From a virus (Duplodnaviria; Caudoviricetes), in IMG/VR virus record IMGVR_UViG_3300046804_001768, positions 1 through 58,980 of that record: a stretch of DNA of 58,980 nt, one strand, 5' to 3'. Under the pieces are notes generated by a model. The model did no database searches. It saw nothing but the letters and a program-made list of their open reading frames with translations, and was not told where the DNA came from. Positions 29,244 through 38,360 of this stretch are shown piece by piece; position 1 is the first letter of the stretch, and the number at the start of each line of letters is the position of its first letter. Both the position numbers and the translations under genes were made by a program.

Positions 29244-32171
29244 TTATACCAAACTTGCACTACGATATTGTGTTCCAGTATACACATAAATAAATGAACC
29301 ACTAAAATACATAGACCCTGTTTGTGGTACTGCTGGGGCGCCCGTTGGTAATACGAAATTACCTGATACAATAAGTGAACCAGTAACTTCCGCAGAACCA
29401 TTATTTTGTACATACAAATTACTACCACTGGTTAAGTAAAGCGACGAACTATTCGTTGTTAATGAAGAACTTACTAATGCAACGCTACTGACTGTCAATG
29501 ACCCCGTAATAGTTTGATTACCATTGAATTGGTTAGACCCCGTAGTTGCTAAAATATTATAATTAGTTACTTGTACAGAACTACTAACAGTTCCAGCAGG
29601 TACTGTTGCGTTTTGTGCATAACTTGCGGTCAATGCGTATGATGCGCTTGTAATACTACCACTAAATGAACCTGTGATACCTTGAGTTACATTCAAAGAC
29701 CCAGTAATCGTTTGGTTACCATTAAATACATTTGACCCCGTTGTTGCAAATGAGCCTGTATTCACCAAGGAAGATGTTCCCGATGTACCAGAAGAACCCG
29801 AATTTCCAGAACTTCCTGATGTTCCTGATGACCCAACGGTTCCACTACTTCCAGATGTTCCCGAAGAACCAGAACTACCAGAGGTTCCTGAGGTTCCTGT
29901 ACTTCCTGATGAACCAGATGTACCTGAACTACCTGATGTTCCTGATGACCCCGTAGTACCACTTGAACCAGATGTTCCTGAACTTCCTGAACTGCCGCTT
30001 GTACCAGAACTTCCCGATGTTCCATTTGCACCAGAGATACCAGAAGAACCAGATGTTCCGTTTTCACCTGATGTTCCGCTGGTTCCTGAACTACCGCTTT
30101 GACCAGAGGTACCGGAAGAGCCTGAAGTACCCGTTTGGCCGGAAGTTCCGCTCGTGCCATTTTGCCCCGAAGTACCACTGGTGCCGGATGAACCAGCACC
30201 ACCACTTAATACATAACTTGCGGTTACTGCGGTTTGTGCAACACTTGCGGTACCAAGCAATGAACCAGTGATTCCTTCAACAACATTCAATGAGCCACTA
30301 AATATTGCGGGTCCAATATTTGTTAATGTAGATGAACCAGATACAATTAATGACCCAGTAACAGTTACCTTTCCAATAAAGGCACTAGAACCTGTGGTGG
30401 TTAACGACCCACTAAATACCATTGTATCTGCGGTTGTCAGTAACGACCCCGTAATGGTTTGATTACCACTAAGTACTAAGGATGTTCCGTCAAAAGTAAG
30501 ATTTGTTTCCGCCACGGCGGCGTTAGATGTTCCATCTGATGTTAGTATTCTATTATCTGCTGCATTAGATACGGTATTGAATCCCGTTCCACTAGTTCCT
30601 GATGTACCAGAGGAACCTCTAGTGCCTGATGTTCCAGAACTTCCACTCGTTCCTGATGTACCAGAGGAACCAGAAGTTCCTGATGTACCTGAGCTACCTG
30701 ATGTTCCGTTGGTACCCGAGGTGCCTGCTGTTCCTGATGTACCTGAGCTACCTGATGTTCCGTTGGTACCCGAGGTGCCTGCTGTTCCCGATGTACCAGA
30801 CCCACCACCTCCGCCACCATTGAGAGCATAACTTGCGGTTACGGCATACGATGAACTAATTGATGTTTGAACTGGAAAATAAAATACTTGAGCTGAACTA
30901 GAGACAAGTCCTTCCGGTTTATCTAATAAAACATTCCAAGAATTATTTGCTATGTAACTTGCGGTTAATGCATAGCTTGCACTAGTTATATAACTTAATC
31001 CACCGGACGGTGTAGGGATAATATAACTACCACTACCAGATTCATATACTCCGGCAAAGATAACATCAATACCATCTGCTACACTAGCAGTACCATATAA
31101 TGACCCCGTAAATCCTGTAGCGACAACTGGAACATTAACTGATAATTCTGTTGAAGTTAGTTCCGCTGTTGCGGTACCGTCTGCATTCCATACCCACTTA
31201 TTTTCATTTCCGTCATAATATGCTCTAATCTTCGATTGACCGTCAGATATAACAATAAAATTACTACCAGTGCGGAAATCATATCCGTTTTGGTTACCGT
31301 TGAATCGACCAAGATAGGTATTATAACTACCAGTGACATAACGACCAGCTTGTGCACCAAGCATCGTATTACTGTCACCGTGGGCATATTCAAATGATTG
31401 TACACCGATTGAGGTGTTGTAACTACCCGTATCATCATGAAGTTGTGCAAACGCACCCACTGCCGTATTTCCAACTCCAGTACGGTTGTAGTACATCGTA
31501 GCAGGACCGATTGCTACGTTTTGACTACCCGTGGTGTTTCTATTTAAGGAAAATGCACCAACACCTACATTACTACTACCACTATAACTAGAACTGAGTG
31601 CGTGATACCCAATTGCCGTATTATCAGTACCTACGGTGTTTGAACGTAATGTTTCGTGACCAATAGCGGTATTGTAAACACCGGTCGTCAACCGTTCTAA
31701 GGCATCATTACCAAATACGATATTATTTTCAGCGCTAATAGCTCCATTAGGACCAGCACCAATTCGTACTCCACGAACGTAAATGTCTGACCCGTATACA
31801 GTAAGTGATGGACCACTAGTAGAGCTGGTGATGAGTAATGAACCGGTGATAACTGCGGACCCACTGAATGGGAATCCTGCACCCTGACCAGCATTAATTG
31901 CATACGAAGCCGTAGTTGCGTATGAGGATGAAATTGATGTAGCAGCTTGATTGACATATGACGCAGAAATAGCAGTTAGTGCTAATTGCGCAATAGTATT
32001 AAACGACCCCGTGCGTAATGTTTTAATAACAGCAGGGGTAACGTTTACATTGTAATCGGAATTCTTTTCAACTTTGACAACTAGATTTGGTACATCTAGA
32101 GTTAAGTTTGCATCATCAGCTTCCCGAATTACAACCCGAATATTTGGAAGACCGGTACTCGGTGTCGTCAT
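29244..32171 (-). CDS. Fibre/decoration protein with YadA-head-like NTAIG repeats and two GTS/GSS tracts
   Basis: NTAIGHETL, NTAIGYHAL and NVGVGAFSL beta-roll repeats, repeated ASYA.TASY motifs, and long Gly-X-Ser tracts. Confidence 0.75.
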   Translation of the reverse strand: MTTPSTGLPNIRVVIREADDANLTLDVPNLVVKVEKNSDYNVNVTPAVIKTLRTGSFNTIAQLALTAISASYVNQAATSISSSYATTASYAINAGQGAGFPFSGSAVITGSLLITSSTSGPSLTVYGSDIYVRGVRIGAGPNGAISAENNIVFGNDALERLTTGVYNTAIGHETLRSNTVGTDNTAIGYHALSSSYSGSSNVGVGAFSLNRNTTGSQNVAIGPATMYYNRTGVGNTAVGAFAQLHDDTGSYNTSIGVQSFEYAHGDSNTMLGAQAGRYVTGSYNTYLGRFNGNQNGYDFRTGSNFIVISDGQSKIRAYYDGNENKWVWNADGTATAELTSTELSVNVPVVATGFTGSLYGTASVADGIDVIFAGVYESGSGSYIIPTPSGGLSYITSASYALTASYIANNSWNVLLDKPEGLVSSSAQVFYFPVQTSISSSYAVTASYALNGGGGGGSGTSGTAGTSGTNGTSGSSGTSGTAGTSGTNGTSGSSGTSGTSGSSGTSGTSGSSGTSGTRGSSGTSGTSGTGFNTVSNAADNRILTSDGTSNAAVAETNLTFDGTSLVLSGNQTITGSLLTTADTMVFSGSLTTTGSSAFIGKVTVTGSLIVSGSSTLTNIGPAIFSGSLNVVEGITGSLLGTASVAQTAVTASYVLSGGAGSSGTSGTSGQNGTSGTSGQTGTSGSSGTSGQSGSSGTSGTSGENGTSGSSGISGANGTSGSSGTSGSSGSSGTSGSSGTTGSSGTSGSSGTSGSSGSTGTSGTSGSSGSSGTSGSSGTVGSSGTSGSSGNSGSSGTSGTSSLVNTGSFATTGSNVFNGNQTITGSLNVTQGITGSFSGSITSASYALTASYAQNATVPAGTVSSSVQVTNYNILATTGSNQFNGNQTITGSLTVSSVALVSSSLTTNSSSLYLTSGSNLYVQNNGSAEVTGSLIVSGNFVLPTGAPAVPQTGSMYFSGSFIYVYTGTQYRSASLV
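30676..30788. repeat. 54-bp perfect tandem duplication in a GTS tract
   Basis: gttcctgatgtacctgagctacctgatgttccgttggtacccgaggtgcctgct occurs at 30676 and 30730. Confidence 0.85.
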
Positions 32172-32174
32172 CTA

Positions 32175-32513
32175 TTATCTCGTAGCGGCTGGTCGGACAA
32201 CAAAATATCCTTCAAGAATACGGCGAGTTATTGAACCGCTCGTCATTTTGATGTCATATACGTATTTTCTTTGAGTAAAGGTACTGGTCTGTTCAGGGGT
32301 TAATTCGATATAAATACTTCCCGATACATACGGACTAATTCTACTAACGCTGATACTTGCAGCTACTTCATCGGTTTGGAAGTTTTCACGAACTTGACCT
32401 TCAAATGAATAATCGGTCAAGTCAAGCGTTCCGCCAGTATCCATATTTTCAATGGTAGCGACAATCTTGAATGTTTCTCCTTGACCGATATTAAATTCAG
32501 TAATTTCTGCCAT
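32175..32513 (-). CDS. BppU-N-like fibre attachment/adaptor protein
   Basis: IGQGETF...LDLTDYSFEGQVR...LTPEQT...YVYDI...RILEG. The likely start is MAEITEF with a GAGG RBS. Confidence 0.65.
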   Translation of the reverse strand: MAEITEFNIGQGETFKIVATIENMDTGGTLDLTDYSFEGQVRENFQTDEVAASISVSRISPYVSGSIYIELTPEQTSTFTQRKYVYDIKMTSGSITRRILEGYFVVRPAATR

Positions 32514-32540
32514 ATTTGTCCTCGAAAAAATACACCTTTC

Positions 32541-32548
32541 TATAAGTA
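32541..32548 (-). promoter_or_regulatory. Putative late promoter motif TACTTATA
   Basis: Just past the tube terminator, about 28 bp upstream of the adaptor gene. Confidence 0.6.
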
Positions 32549-32578
32549 TCACAAAGTATTGGTATATAGTAATTTCCA

Positions 32579-32610
32579 ATAAAAAACCCCACCTTTTGAG
32601 TGGGGTTTTC
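32579..32610 (-). terminator. Rho-independent terminator after the tail tube gene
   Basis: AAAACCCCAC...GTGGGGTTTT hairpin followed by a U run on the minus strand. Confidence 0.8.
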
Positions 32611-32626
32611 TGTGCATCTGTGTGTA

Positions 32627-33115
32627 TTAGTAGTTGAGGATGCAGTAGTCTGGTTGAACCGTTAATGAGATTGAAACGGGATCATCCTTTTCCCATGCCA
32701 TTTCACCAAACTCAACTTTGGTGATTTGTGTGCCCTTCAAAATCCATTCTTCAACCTTATCACCTACTGGACCAAGAACATTGATAACAATATCCTTCTT
32801 GTAGAATTCTGCATATCCATCACGACCCGTGACTGATTCGTGGTGTAAACGAACCCATTCCATTACTGCTTGTGCACCAGATGGAACTACGGGGTCATAT
32901 AATTCAAGTACCATTTCGTCCCATACAGTCTTACCCTTGACGTAACGTTGAAGATTGATGTGGTCTAAACGCTTCTTTTCTTGGGTTAACTTTGGACGGT
33001 CTGCCTTCTTGATAAGATAGGCAGGTACACCTTCGATATACATCACATACCGATTTTGAGTCTTTGGCTCAAATGCGGTGAAAAATAGTTCTTGTTCGTT
33101 GACCAAATTTGCCAT
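32627..33115 (-). CDS. Tail tube protein (T4 gp19-like)
   Basis: FEPKTQNRY...W..M.LELYDP...YKKDI...GDKVEEWILKG, directly after the sheath gene. Confidence 0.9.
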   Translation of the reverse strand: MANLVNEQELFFTAFEPKTQNRYVMYIEGVPAYLIKKADRPKLTQEKKRLDHINLQRYVKGKTVWDEMVLELYDPVVPSGAQAVMEWVRLHHESVTGRDGYAEFYKKDIVINVLGPVGDKVEEWILKGTQITKVEFGEMAWEKDDPVSISLTVQPDYCILNY

Positions 33116-33173
33116 ATGGCTCTCCAAATATAGATTGGTACTTGAAATAAATAGTGGTTATTGAAAAAACTGA

Positions 33174-35474
33174 TTAGATTGTATCGAAGGTTGCACCAGT
33201 TGGGAGAATGTTGAAGTCCAACTTGATGAATTCTGCGGTACGGGTTGGTTGGAGATAGATTGCACCAACCAAGATGTTGCGGTCAATAATATCTGGAGTA
33301 TTATTGGTTTCATCCATAACCACACGGAATGCGGTCAAACCAGAACGTTGTTGGATACCTGCGAGGTATGGGTTGACAATGTTCAAGAAACGGTTTCTGG
33401 TTGCTTCGGTATTTTGTTCGAATACCAAATAACGAGCGGAACTTGCGATAAACTTCTTCACAGTGATGAGGAGACGACGAACGTTTACACGGTCAAGTGC
33501 TGATGAACGGCGTTGGAGTGTCTTTTGTCCCCATACACAGATACCTTGTCCTGGGAATTGTGCGATTGGGTTGACCTTTGATTCGTACAATTCGTCACGT
33601 TGTGCTTGGTTTAAGCGAGTCTTGACACCAACTGCGCCTGGGATTCCACCACGATTCAATCCTGCTGGAGCGAACCATTCTGCACCAACGTTATCACTAT
33701 ATGCGTAGACTTCTGGGAGAACCACAGATGGTGGTGCCCAAGTATACTTGTTAGTGTTTGTATCTACGATACGAACCCAAGGATAGTATGCTGCGGCGTA
33801 ATTGGTATCAAGACTTTCTGCTAAACCAGTGACACTACCGATGGTTGCATCAAGAGTATCAAGGTCAAGAAGATAGAAACAATCACCACGTACTTCACAA
33901 AGGTCAATTGCTGATTGTGCGATATAACTGTGTTGTGAGTAGAGAACGCCTGGGATAACCAAGAGGTTAAGGTCTACACTATCTGGATTCCCGAGGGTAT
34001 TTAATGCTCTCTTATATTCAACTGACCCAGATGCGGTTGCATTTGAGAGGTTGAATCCTTGTGTATTGGTTGAAGTGATTGCTCCACCCAATGCGATATA
34101 TCGTGCTGGGTTTAGTCCATCAAATCCACTTTGAAGAGGAACGGTGAATCGACGATATGCCACTTGGTCACGGTTGGTAAGTGAAAGTGGACTACCAGCA
34201 ATTTCGTTAGACGCAAGTGAACTACTAAGGTTAAATTCTGACCCAACCGTTAATCCACCAACAGCTGGTGCGAGAAGTGATAGGTTGGTAGTCTTTGAGA
34301 AATCATATCCGTAGTATGCGCGAGTATCGATAGCATCTGCGTTGTATCCATAAGTACTACCACTTAACCAACGACTGGTGACATATGAACCACTAGTAAC
34401 TTGACCAGCGGTAGTATTGAATACTGAAGTTAATGCTGCGAATCCGTAAGGTACAGCGTTTTCTGGAATGACATTTTCACTCATTTCTACACGGATATAC
34501 TTTGAAGTGATTGGATAATCACCTTCATAATAAGTTTCACCCGTTGATGAATTATATGTTGGAGCTGCATTACCGATACGGCGTGCGATATAATTTGGAC
34601 TGTCTGGATTGAGGTTCAAGTTGTCATAACTTTCAAGAACGTTGGTAGATGTATCAGTATCGGTGAAGTCACGAACGAGAAGTGAGAATGAACCGTAGTT
34701 ACTATCTGGGTCAAGACTTGGTGAAACACCAGTAATAGAAATCTTGATTTCCTTATTTGCTGCGGTTCCATCACTTAATGTATGAACCTTAAATAAGTTA
34801 TATTTAGTTCCACCGATTGGTTGTGAACGAATCCATGGGGTGGTTGCATTATCGTATTGAGTGTTAAGTGCGAGTGATGCGGTCGATGCAGTAAGAGTTA
34901 CTGTATTTCCAGCTTGTGCAAGTGCATCTGGGAAGATAGCGTAGACATATGCTGGATATGAAGAATCACTTTCTGCTGTGGTTCCGAAGTAGGTACCGAT
35001 GAAGGAATTATCACCTTCAATTGCACTTAGATTACTTGCTGAAGTATGTAAACTATTTGAACTACTGACTACCAAACCAAAACTTGCGGTTGTACCGAGG
35101 ATACTAACATTTGTAAGACTACTTCCCGATACAGTTGGGTGAAGAACTGCGAATAATTTACTACCGAGCGAACCAGTAGCGAAGATAGTTGCGGCGGTAG
35201 TAGTGTACCCGGCTAATCCAAGAACACGAACGATAGTTGCACTTCCTGCTTCTTGGAGGTAGTTTTTAACTGCATAACTCATGTAAGAGGTACCGTTTGG
35301 TTCGCCGAAAGTCGTGACGAACCCATCGATACCATCTACCGAAGTAGGAATAAATGCTGGTCCTTTAGTGGTTGGACCAACAAACGCCGCACCAATTTGA
35401 GCTACGCCTTGTGCGAGGAATGTTTGGTCGCGTTCTTGTGTAAAGACACCAGGCGACACGATTCTTTCTGCCAT
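33174..35474 (-). CDS. Tail sheath protein (T4 gp18-like)
   Basis: SPGVFTQERD, YYPWV, WFAPAGLNRG, WGQKTLQ, RVNVRRLL and PTRTAEFI. Confidence 0.95.
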   Translation of the reverse strand: MAERIVSPGVFTQERDQTFLAQGVAQIGAAFVGPTTKGPAFIPTSVDGIDGFVTTFGEPNGTSYMSYAVKNYLQEAGSATIVRVLGLAGYTTTAATIFATGSLGSKLFAVLHPTVSGSSLTNVSILGTTASFGLVVSSSNSLHTSASNLSAIEGDNSFIGTYFGTTAESDSSYPAYVYAIFPDALAQAGNTVTLTASTASLALNTQYDNATTPWIRSQPIGGTKYNLFKVHTLSDGTAANKEIKISITGVSPSLDPDSNYGSFSLLVRDFTDTDTSTNVLESYDNLNLNPDSPNYIARRIGNAAPTYNSSTGETYYEGDYPITSKYIRVEMSENVIPENAVPYGFAALTSVFNTTAGQVTSGSYVTSRWLSGSTYGYNADAIDTRAYYGYDFSKTTNLSLLAPAVGGLTVGSEFNLSSSLASNEIAGSPLSLTNRDQVAYRRFTVPLQSGFDGLNPARYIALGGAITSTNTQGFNLSNATASGSVEYKRALNTLGNPDSVDLNLLVIPGVLYSQHSYIAQSAIDLCEVRGDCFYLLDLDTLDATIGSVTGLAESLDTNYAAAYYPWVRIVDTNTNKYTWAPPSVVLPEVYAYSDNVGAEWFAPAGLNRGGIPGAVGVKTRLNQAQRDELYESKVNPIAQFPGQGICVWGQKTLQRRSSALDRVNVRRLLITVKKFIASSARYLVFEQNTEATRNRFLNIVNPYLAGIQQRSGLTAFRVVMDETNNTPDIIDRNILVGAIYLQPTRTAEFIKLDFNILPTGATFDTI

Positions 35475-35499
35475 ACGGTATTCTCCAAACTAAATTTGT

Positions 35500-35766
35500 T
35501 TATCTCTCTGGGGTAAATTCGCCGGTTTCAAAATTAATTGACCCGACACCATACTTTTCCGATAACCGATTAATTAAATCTTGTTCTTCTGTAAGTAAAC
35601 TTTTAAATAGTTTGGCTTGTTCACCAATCTTTAATTTTAGTTCTGCGATATCCAATTCTAACATTTCAACTTGAAGTTGGAACTGGCCAGTGTCAGAGAC
35701 TACCGTTGCTAACTTATCACGCAAAACATTAATTTCGTTTAATTCATCTTTGGTAATTTCTGCCAT
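35500..35766 (-). CDS. Small coiled-coil hypothetical protein
   Basis: 88 aa, ending LSEKYGVGSINFETGEF, with a GAGG RBS. Confidence 0.7.
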   Translation of the reverse strand: MAEITKDELNEINVLRDKLATVVSDTGQFQLQVEMLELDIAELKLKIGEQAKLFKSLLTEEQDLINRLSEKYGVGSINFETGEFTPER

Positions 35767-35833
35767 AATAACCTCGTTTTGAGTTACAAAATACCTCGTA
35801 TCATAAATATCTGTTTTTTTACCTAAACATCAA

Positions 35834-36616
35834 TTATTCACTTTCTATTTCGGTAAAAGTGACCACTTTTTTGATAGAATAGCGTTTTCTGGTGGTGAGG
35901 GTTCTGTTGTTCTGCTTATCCAACATATTCTCAGGCAACAAATATGCGTAAATGGTCATATCAAATTGCGTCCGCACCACACGGTCCTCTGATGTTGGTA
36001 ATTCGGTCAATGGTTCAAAAGACTTGACTGAAGTACGGAATTTATAGTTATTTTGTTCTCCCCAATATTGGTCCGTTTCGAATGAAATATTTTCTACCAC
36101 AGAATTCATTTGTTCCATATATTCGGTCCAAATCATGCAACGATAAGTTATTTCATAATAGTCAGGAAGTGTGGTGACCAAATATTCCCGATTTGGGGTA
36201 ATCTTATTCTTGACCGCAAATTGGTCATATGGAGTCCGTCTATTCCATCCCGTTTCAAAGGTTCGTTCCAAGTACTTGTTGACGGGAGAATTAATGATAG
36301 ACTTTTTCATACCAGTTCGACGAATCATAATCATCGGTAATTGAATCTTACCAATAGAATCACGCATAACACCATCACGTTGTGCTGACTTCCAGCGTTC
36401 AGGGTCACCATAAATCACAGGTACTTTAACTTCATTCCCGTTTTGAGTAACTATTGGCTTAATCCGCTTATTCATATGACTAAGAATAGTATTATCAATC
36501 GTAAATAAAGTGACCGCAATGTTTGGTGTACTACCTAACGGAATGTCATTTGCTCTATCTTGTACGACTTTTTGTTGTTGCAAATCTACCTTCTGTAGTA
36601 CTGGTTCGTGGCTCAT
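35834..36616 (-). CDS. Tail terminator/sheath stabiliser (T4 gp15-like)
   Basis: KVPVIYGDPERW...IQLPMI motif, and position between the neck and sheath genes. Confidence 0.75.
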   Translation of the reverse strand: MSHEPVLQKVDLQQQKVVQDRANDIPLGSTPNIAVTLFTIDNTILSHMNKRIKPIVTQNGNEVKVPVIYGDPERWKSAQRDGVMRDSIGKIQLPMIMIRRTGMKKSIINSPVNKYLERTFETGWNRRTPYDQFAVKNKITPNREYLVTTLPDYYEITYRCMIWTEYMEQMNSVVENISFETDQYWGEQNNYKFRTSVKSFEPLTELPTSEDRVVRTQFDMTIYAYLLPENMLDKQNNRTLTTRKRYSIKKVVTFTEIESE

Positions 36617-37071
36617 ACTTGTGCCTCTTCGATGTCAATACTTGTACGGCGGGTTAAGTGTGCCATACAAATGATTGCGGTATTAAACCCTGGCTTACCT
36701 GCGATAAGTTGTGTTTCCGTGATGTTATGGACTTCATAGTAGTGATTATTATATCCGATAATATCACCAATTTCTGGATATGTGTTTACTTCTTGCAACA
36801 TACGACGAGCAAATCTGAATTCTGTTTGTTGGTCTTGATTGACCCCAAACCCTTCTTCTCGGACGGTAGTGTTTTTATTATATTTAACAATTGAGTTGAC
36901 AATAACAGGGGTGTATCGTGGTTTTGACACACTTTCCCCATAGATGTTTACCTTGGCGGATTCAACAACAATTTTATATAAGACTACCGACACATCCATC
37001 GTTTCGTCAATTAACTCACGGGTGATGTGTTGAATAAACTCAAAGTCACGTTGTGTAACAAAGCGTGCCAT
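36613..37071 (-). CDS. Head closure/neck protein (gp14-like)
   Basis: NIYGES...YPEIGDII...YYEV, and position. Confidence 0.7.
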   Translation of the reverse strand: MARFVTQRDFEFIQHITRELIDETMDVSVVLYKIVVESAKVNIYGESVSKPRYTPVIVNSIVKYNKNTTVREEGFGVNQDQQTEFRFARRMLQEVNTYPEIGDIIGYNNHYYEVHNITETQLIAGKPGFNTAIICMAHLTRRTSIDIEEAQV

Positions 37072-37074
37072 GTA

Positions 37075-38235
37075 TTAACCTATGTAGATGAGGGTAGGAA
37101 TATTCTTAAACACTTCTTGTGTTGCCTTTGCATTTTCTGCTTGGCGTTGTAACTGTGCTTTTTGGCCAGTTTGGTCAAGTGTCTCTTGTAATTCTTTAAT
37201 AAGTTGTTCTTTTTCGGTTAATCCTTCACGACGAAGGAGTTCACCATCCATACGAATTTGTCCATCTGGGTATGGAATGTTTTCAAACTTTGACCGAATG
37301 ATACCCAATAATTCCTTCGCTAATGCTAATGTGTATCGGAAAATCCAAGTACGTGATAATGAATTTGTACTTCCGTATACGATTTGTGTATATGGAATGT
37401 TACTTAAATCACTTGCAAATTGACTTGCACTTCCAGATTGATATACATTTGCTTGCTTTTGTGGTACTACCATATAGTCAAAGAAGATTGCTTTGTTTTG
37501 CGTAAAGATAGGAGTAAATCTAATGATGTTATTGGAGATTTCAAATCCGTATTGACTCTTACGAATCATATCATTGATTTCAATTGCTTGAATACGGAGT
37601 AAATCTTCGTAGGCTGGCATCATCACGAAGGTGACTGGTGGTGAATATCCATCAAACCCGAATTCTGCCATCAAGTTAGTTAACCCAAGACCCGTGGTTG
37701 CGAATGGGTCATAGTAACGAGCGATGGCGGGTGGCATGTAGTGATAGACACGACGAATTTCGATTGCATTACCACTTTCACTAACATCCGCCCACAATGT
37801 TTTTAAGTCATATGATTGAGTGTATGCGGATGCAGAAATGTATCCACGTTTAACTGTGACATTACCACCAGATTGTGCTTCTGTGCCGTAATCACTTGCA
37901 ATCTTGACCATTTGTGGAATTGCTGACCCCACAATATTTCGTTGTGTAGCAGAATTTGCAGTTGGTGACCCTTGTAAGGTCATCATATATTCACGTGCAT
38001 TAAATTGATTAACTTGATTGCCGTATGTCGTAATTGCTTCTTCAAAACAGGCATAAATTTGTTTATCAATCAATTCCACTTCTACGACAGGAAATCCTAA
38101 CTTTCTTGCAACGAATTCAGCTGCTTTTGGAGCATCTGTTTGGAAGTCAGTATCGTTGTCAAAGAATCCAAATGGAGTTACGCCAAGAGGATTACTAGGA
38201 CTACCATCGTAAAAAATTGGTTCTTGTGTTTCCAT
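37075..38235 (-). CDS. Neck/head-tail adaptor (T4 gp13-like)
   Basis: RKLGFPVVEVEL...QIYACFEEA...WIFRYTLALAKELLGIIRSKF. Confidence 0.85.
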   Translation of the reverse strand: METQEPIFYDGSPSNPLGVTPFGFFDNDTDFQTDAPKAAEFVARKLGFPVVEVELIDKQIYACFEEAITTYGNQVNQFNAREYMMTLQGSPTANSATQRNIVGSAIPQMVKIASDYGTEAQSGGNVTVKRGYISASAYTQSYDLKTLWADVSESGNAIEIRRVYHYMPPAIARYYDPFATTGLGLTNLMAEFGFDGYSPPVTFVMMPAYEDLLRIQAIEINDMIRKSQYGFEISNNIIRFTPIFTQNKAIFFDYMVVPQKQANVYQSGSASQFASDLSNIPYTQIVYGSTNSLSRTWIFRYTLALAKELLGIIRSKFENIPYPDGQIRMDGELLRREGLTEKEQLIKELQETLDQTGQKAQLQRQAENAKATQEVFKNIPTLIYIG

Positions 38236-38307
38236 AAAACTCTCTGTTTAAGGACTAGTAATAAATAGTTTTATTAAATGATTAACTCATATTTTCACCA
38301 GCCGGAA

Positions 38308-38340
38308 ATAAAAAGGGTGACCTTTCGGCCACCCAATTTA
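38308..38340 (-). terminator. Rho-independent terminator after the major capsid gene
   Basis: Minus strand reads GGGTGGCCGAAAGGTCACCC followed by TTTTT. Confidence 0.85.
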
Positions 38341-38360
38341 TTCTCACCGTTACTACGAGA

